Source: Chiloscyllium plagiosum (lineage: Eukaryota). Taken from it: a DNA stretch of 64,000 nucleotides. Of this stretch, positions 62,290-64,000 are shown piece after piece. Both the position numbers and the translations under genes were made by a program. The notes below the pieces were generated by a model, which was given only the letters and a program-made list of their open reading frames with translations, made no database searches and was not told the DNA's origin. Positions within the stretch are counted from its first letter, which is position 1. Each line of letters starts with the position of its first letter. The stretch is taken from NCBI RefSeq assembly GCF_004010195.1, contig NC_057755.1, positions 1 to 64,000 of the forward strand, given 5' to 3'.

Positions 62290-64000
62290 GAGAAATAAGG
62301 AAGCAATGATCACCTTATTGGAATTTTATGGCAGACCCCCCACCTACCCATTGTTGTCAACGGGAATTTAAGATAAACATTTTCTAAGGAGATCTCAGTT
62401 GTCTGTAAGAATAATAGGGTGTAATGGGAGGGAATTTTTACTTTCCAAACACAGAGTCAGACTTCCATAGTGTTAAGAGTTTAGATAGAGTGGAATTTGT
62501 TAAGTGTGTAGAAAAGAAAATTCTGATTCAGTATGTGTATGTACGTACGAGAAAAGGTGCAAAACGTGACCGACTTTAAGGAAATAAGGCAGGGCAAACG
62601 ATTGCGGCGTGAGTGGCAGAGATCATTGGGGTGAGCGAGAATAATACTCTTAGTTTTAATATTCTGATGTAAAAGGGCAGACCAGGGCTAAAAGTTGATG
62701 TTCTAAATTTCAGGAAAGCCAATTTTGATTGTACCGGGCAAGAAGTTTCATAAGTTGACTGGGGACAGATGTTCTCAGGTCAAGAGACAGGTGGCCAATG
62801 GGACCCTTGAAAAATGAGGCAACGAGAGTGCAGCGACTGTATGTTCCTGTTCCGATGAATAGCAAGTCGGGTAGCTTTAGGGAATGCTGGATGATGAGAG
62901 AAATTGGGGTTTTGGTAAGAAATAGATGGACGCATATGTCACATATAGACAGCAACTATCGAGTGAATACTTAGAAGAGTATAAAGGCAGTAGGAATATA
63001 CTTAAGAGGGAAATCAGGAGGTCAAAAAGGGGGCATGAGACAGCTGTGGCAAATAGGGTTCAGGAGAAACCAATGGCGTTTCATAAATACATTAAGGACA
63101 AAAGGGAAACTCAGGAGAAAATAGGATCCCTTAAAGATCAGGAAGGCAGCCTGTGTGTAGATCTGCAGGAGATGGGGGAAATACTAATTGAGTATTTTTG
63201 CATCATTATGTACTGTGGAGAAAGACATAGAAGATACAGAATGTGGGGAAATAGATGGTGACATCTTGAAAAATGCCCATATTACGGAGGAGACGGTGCT
63301 TCATGTCTTAAAATGTATGAAGGTGGATAAATCTCCACGACCTGATCAGATGTACCCTCGAACTCTTTGGAAGCTAGGGAAGTGATTGCTGGGCCATTGC
63401 CGAGATATTTGTATCATCGCTGGTCGTAGCTGAGATGCTGGAAGTCTGGAGGTTGGCTCAGGCCGTGTCACTATATAAGAAATTTGGTAAGGAAACGCAG
63501 AGGAAGTATGGACAGGTGAGCCTGGCGTCGGTGATGGGCAAGTTGTTGGAGGGAATTCTCAGGGACAGGATTTACATGTACTTTGGTTGGCAAGGACTGA
63601 ATAAGCACAGTCAACAGCGACTTGTGTTGGGTACTCATGTCTCACAAACTTGATTGTGTTTTTTGAAGAAGTTACGAAGCGGATTGATGAAGGCAGAACT
63701 TTGGACGTGATCTATGTGGACTTCAGGAAGGCGTTCAACCAGATTCCTCAAGGTAGAGTAGTTAGCAAGATTAGATCACATTCAACTAAGGGAGAGCCAG
63801 CCTTTGGGACAGACGTGGCTCGAGGTAGAAAACAGAGTTTGGTAATGGAAGATCGCTTTTCACACTGGAGGCCTGTGACCAGTGATGTGCCACAAGGATC
63901 AGTGCTGGATCCACAGCTTTTCCGCGTTCATACAGATGACTTGAATGTGAACCCGGGAGATACAGTTAGGAGGTTTGCAGAAAACACCAAAATTAGAGTT
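62290..64000 (+). mobile_element. CR1-type LINE (paralog of 11880-13845)
   Basis: 'LKREIRRSKRGHE', 'KVDKSPRPDQMYPRTL', 'KLLEGILRDRIY'. Confidence 0.9.

Larger units (their letters stand above)
50720..64000 (+). repeat. Segmental duplication, copy B (runs off the window end)
   Basis: Collinear with 1-13845, with copy-specific insertions and deletions. Confidence 0.95.

Overview
Repeat-rich eukaryotic DNA, most likely from a cartilaginous fish. This is inferred from HE1-type V-SINEs, CR1/HER1-like LINEs and shark-type Penelope ends; there are no bacterial features. The host content is a small cluster of two-exon class A GPCR genes resembling the GPR139/GPR142-like orphan receptors. It comprises one intact gene (exon 1 8737-8803 plus exon 2 15580-16454, 313 aa; the ORF track misses exon 1), one inverted pseudogene (44266-41180), exon 1 of a third paralog (58664-58730, exon 2 beyond the window) and a gene-less upstream remnant (about 25.4-26.9 kb). 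The cluster was built by segmental duplication: 1-13845 is repeated directly at about 50720-64000, and about 21.2-24.7 kb is repeated inverted at about 37.3-41.2 kb. The rest is decayed mobile DNA. It includes a Ty3/Gypsy element with the unusual PR-IN-RT-RH (Gmr1-like) order and a tRNA-Pro-like primer site, CR1, Rex1-like and Tx1-like LINEs, solo LTRs, HE1 SINEs and Penelope-like elements. The Penelope ends carry minimal hammerhead-ribozyme motifs and form three palindromic insertions, two with exact target-site duplications. All alignments were done by eye and the edges of old repeats are approximate.
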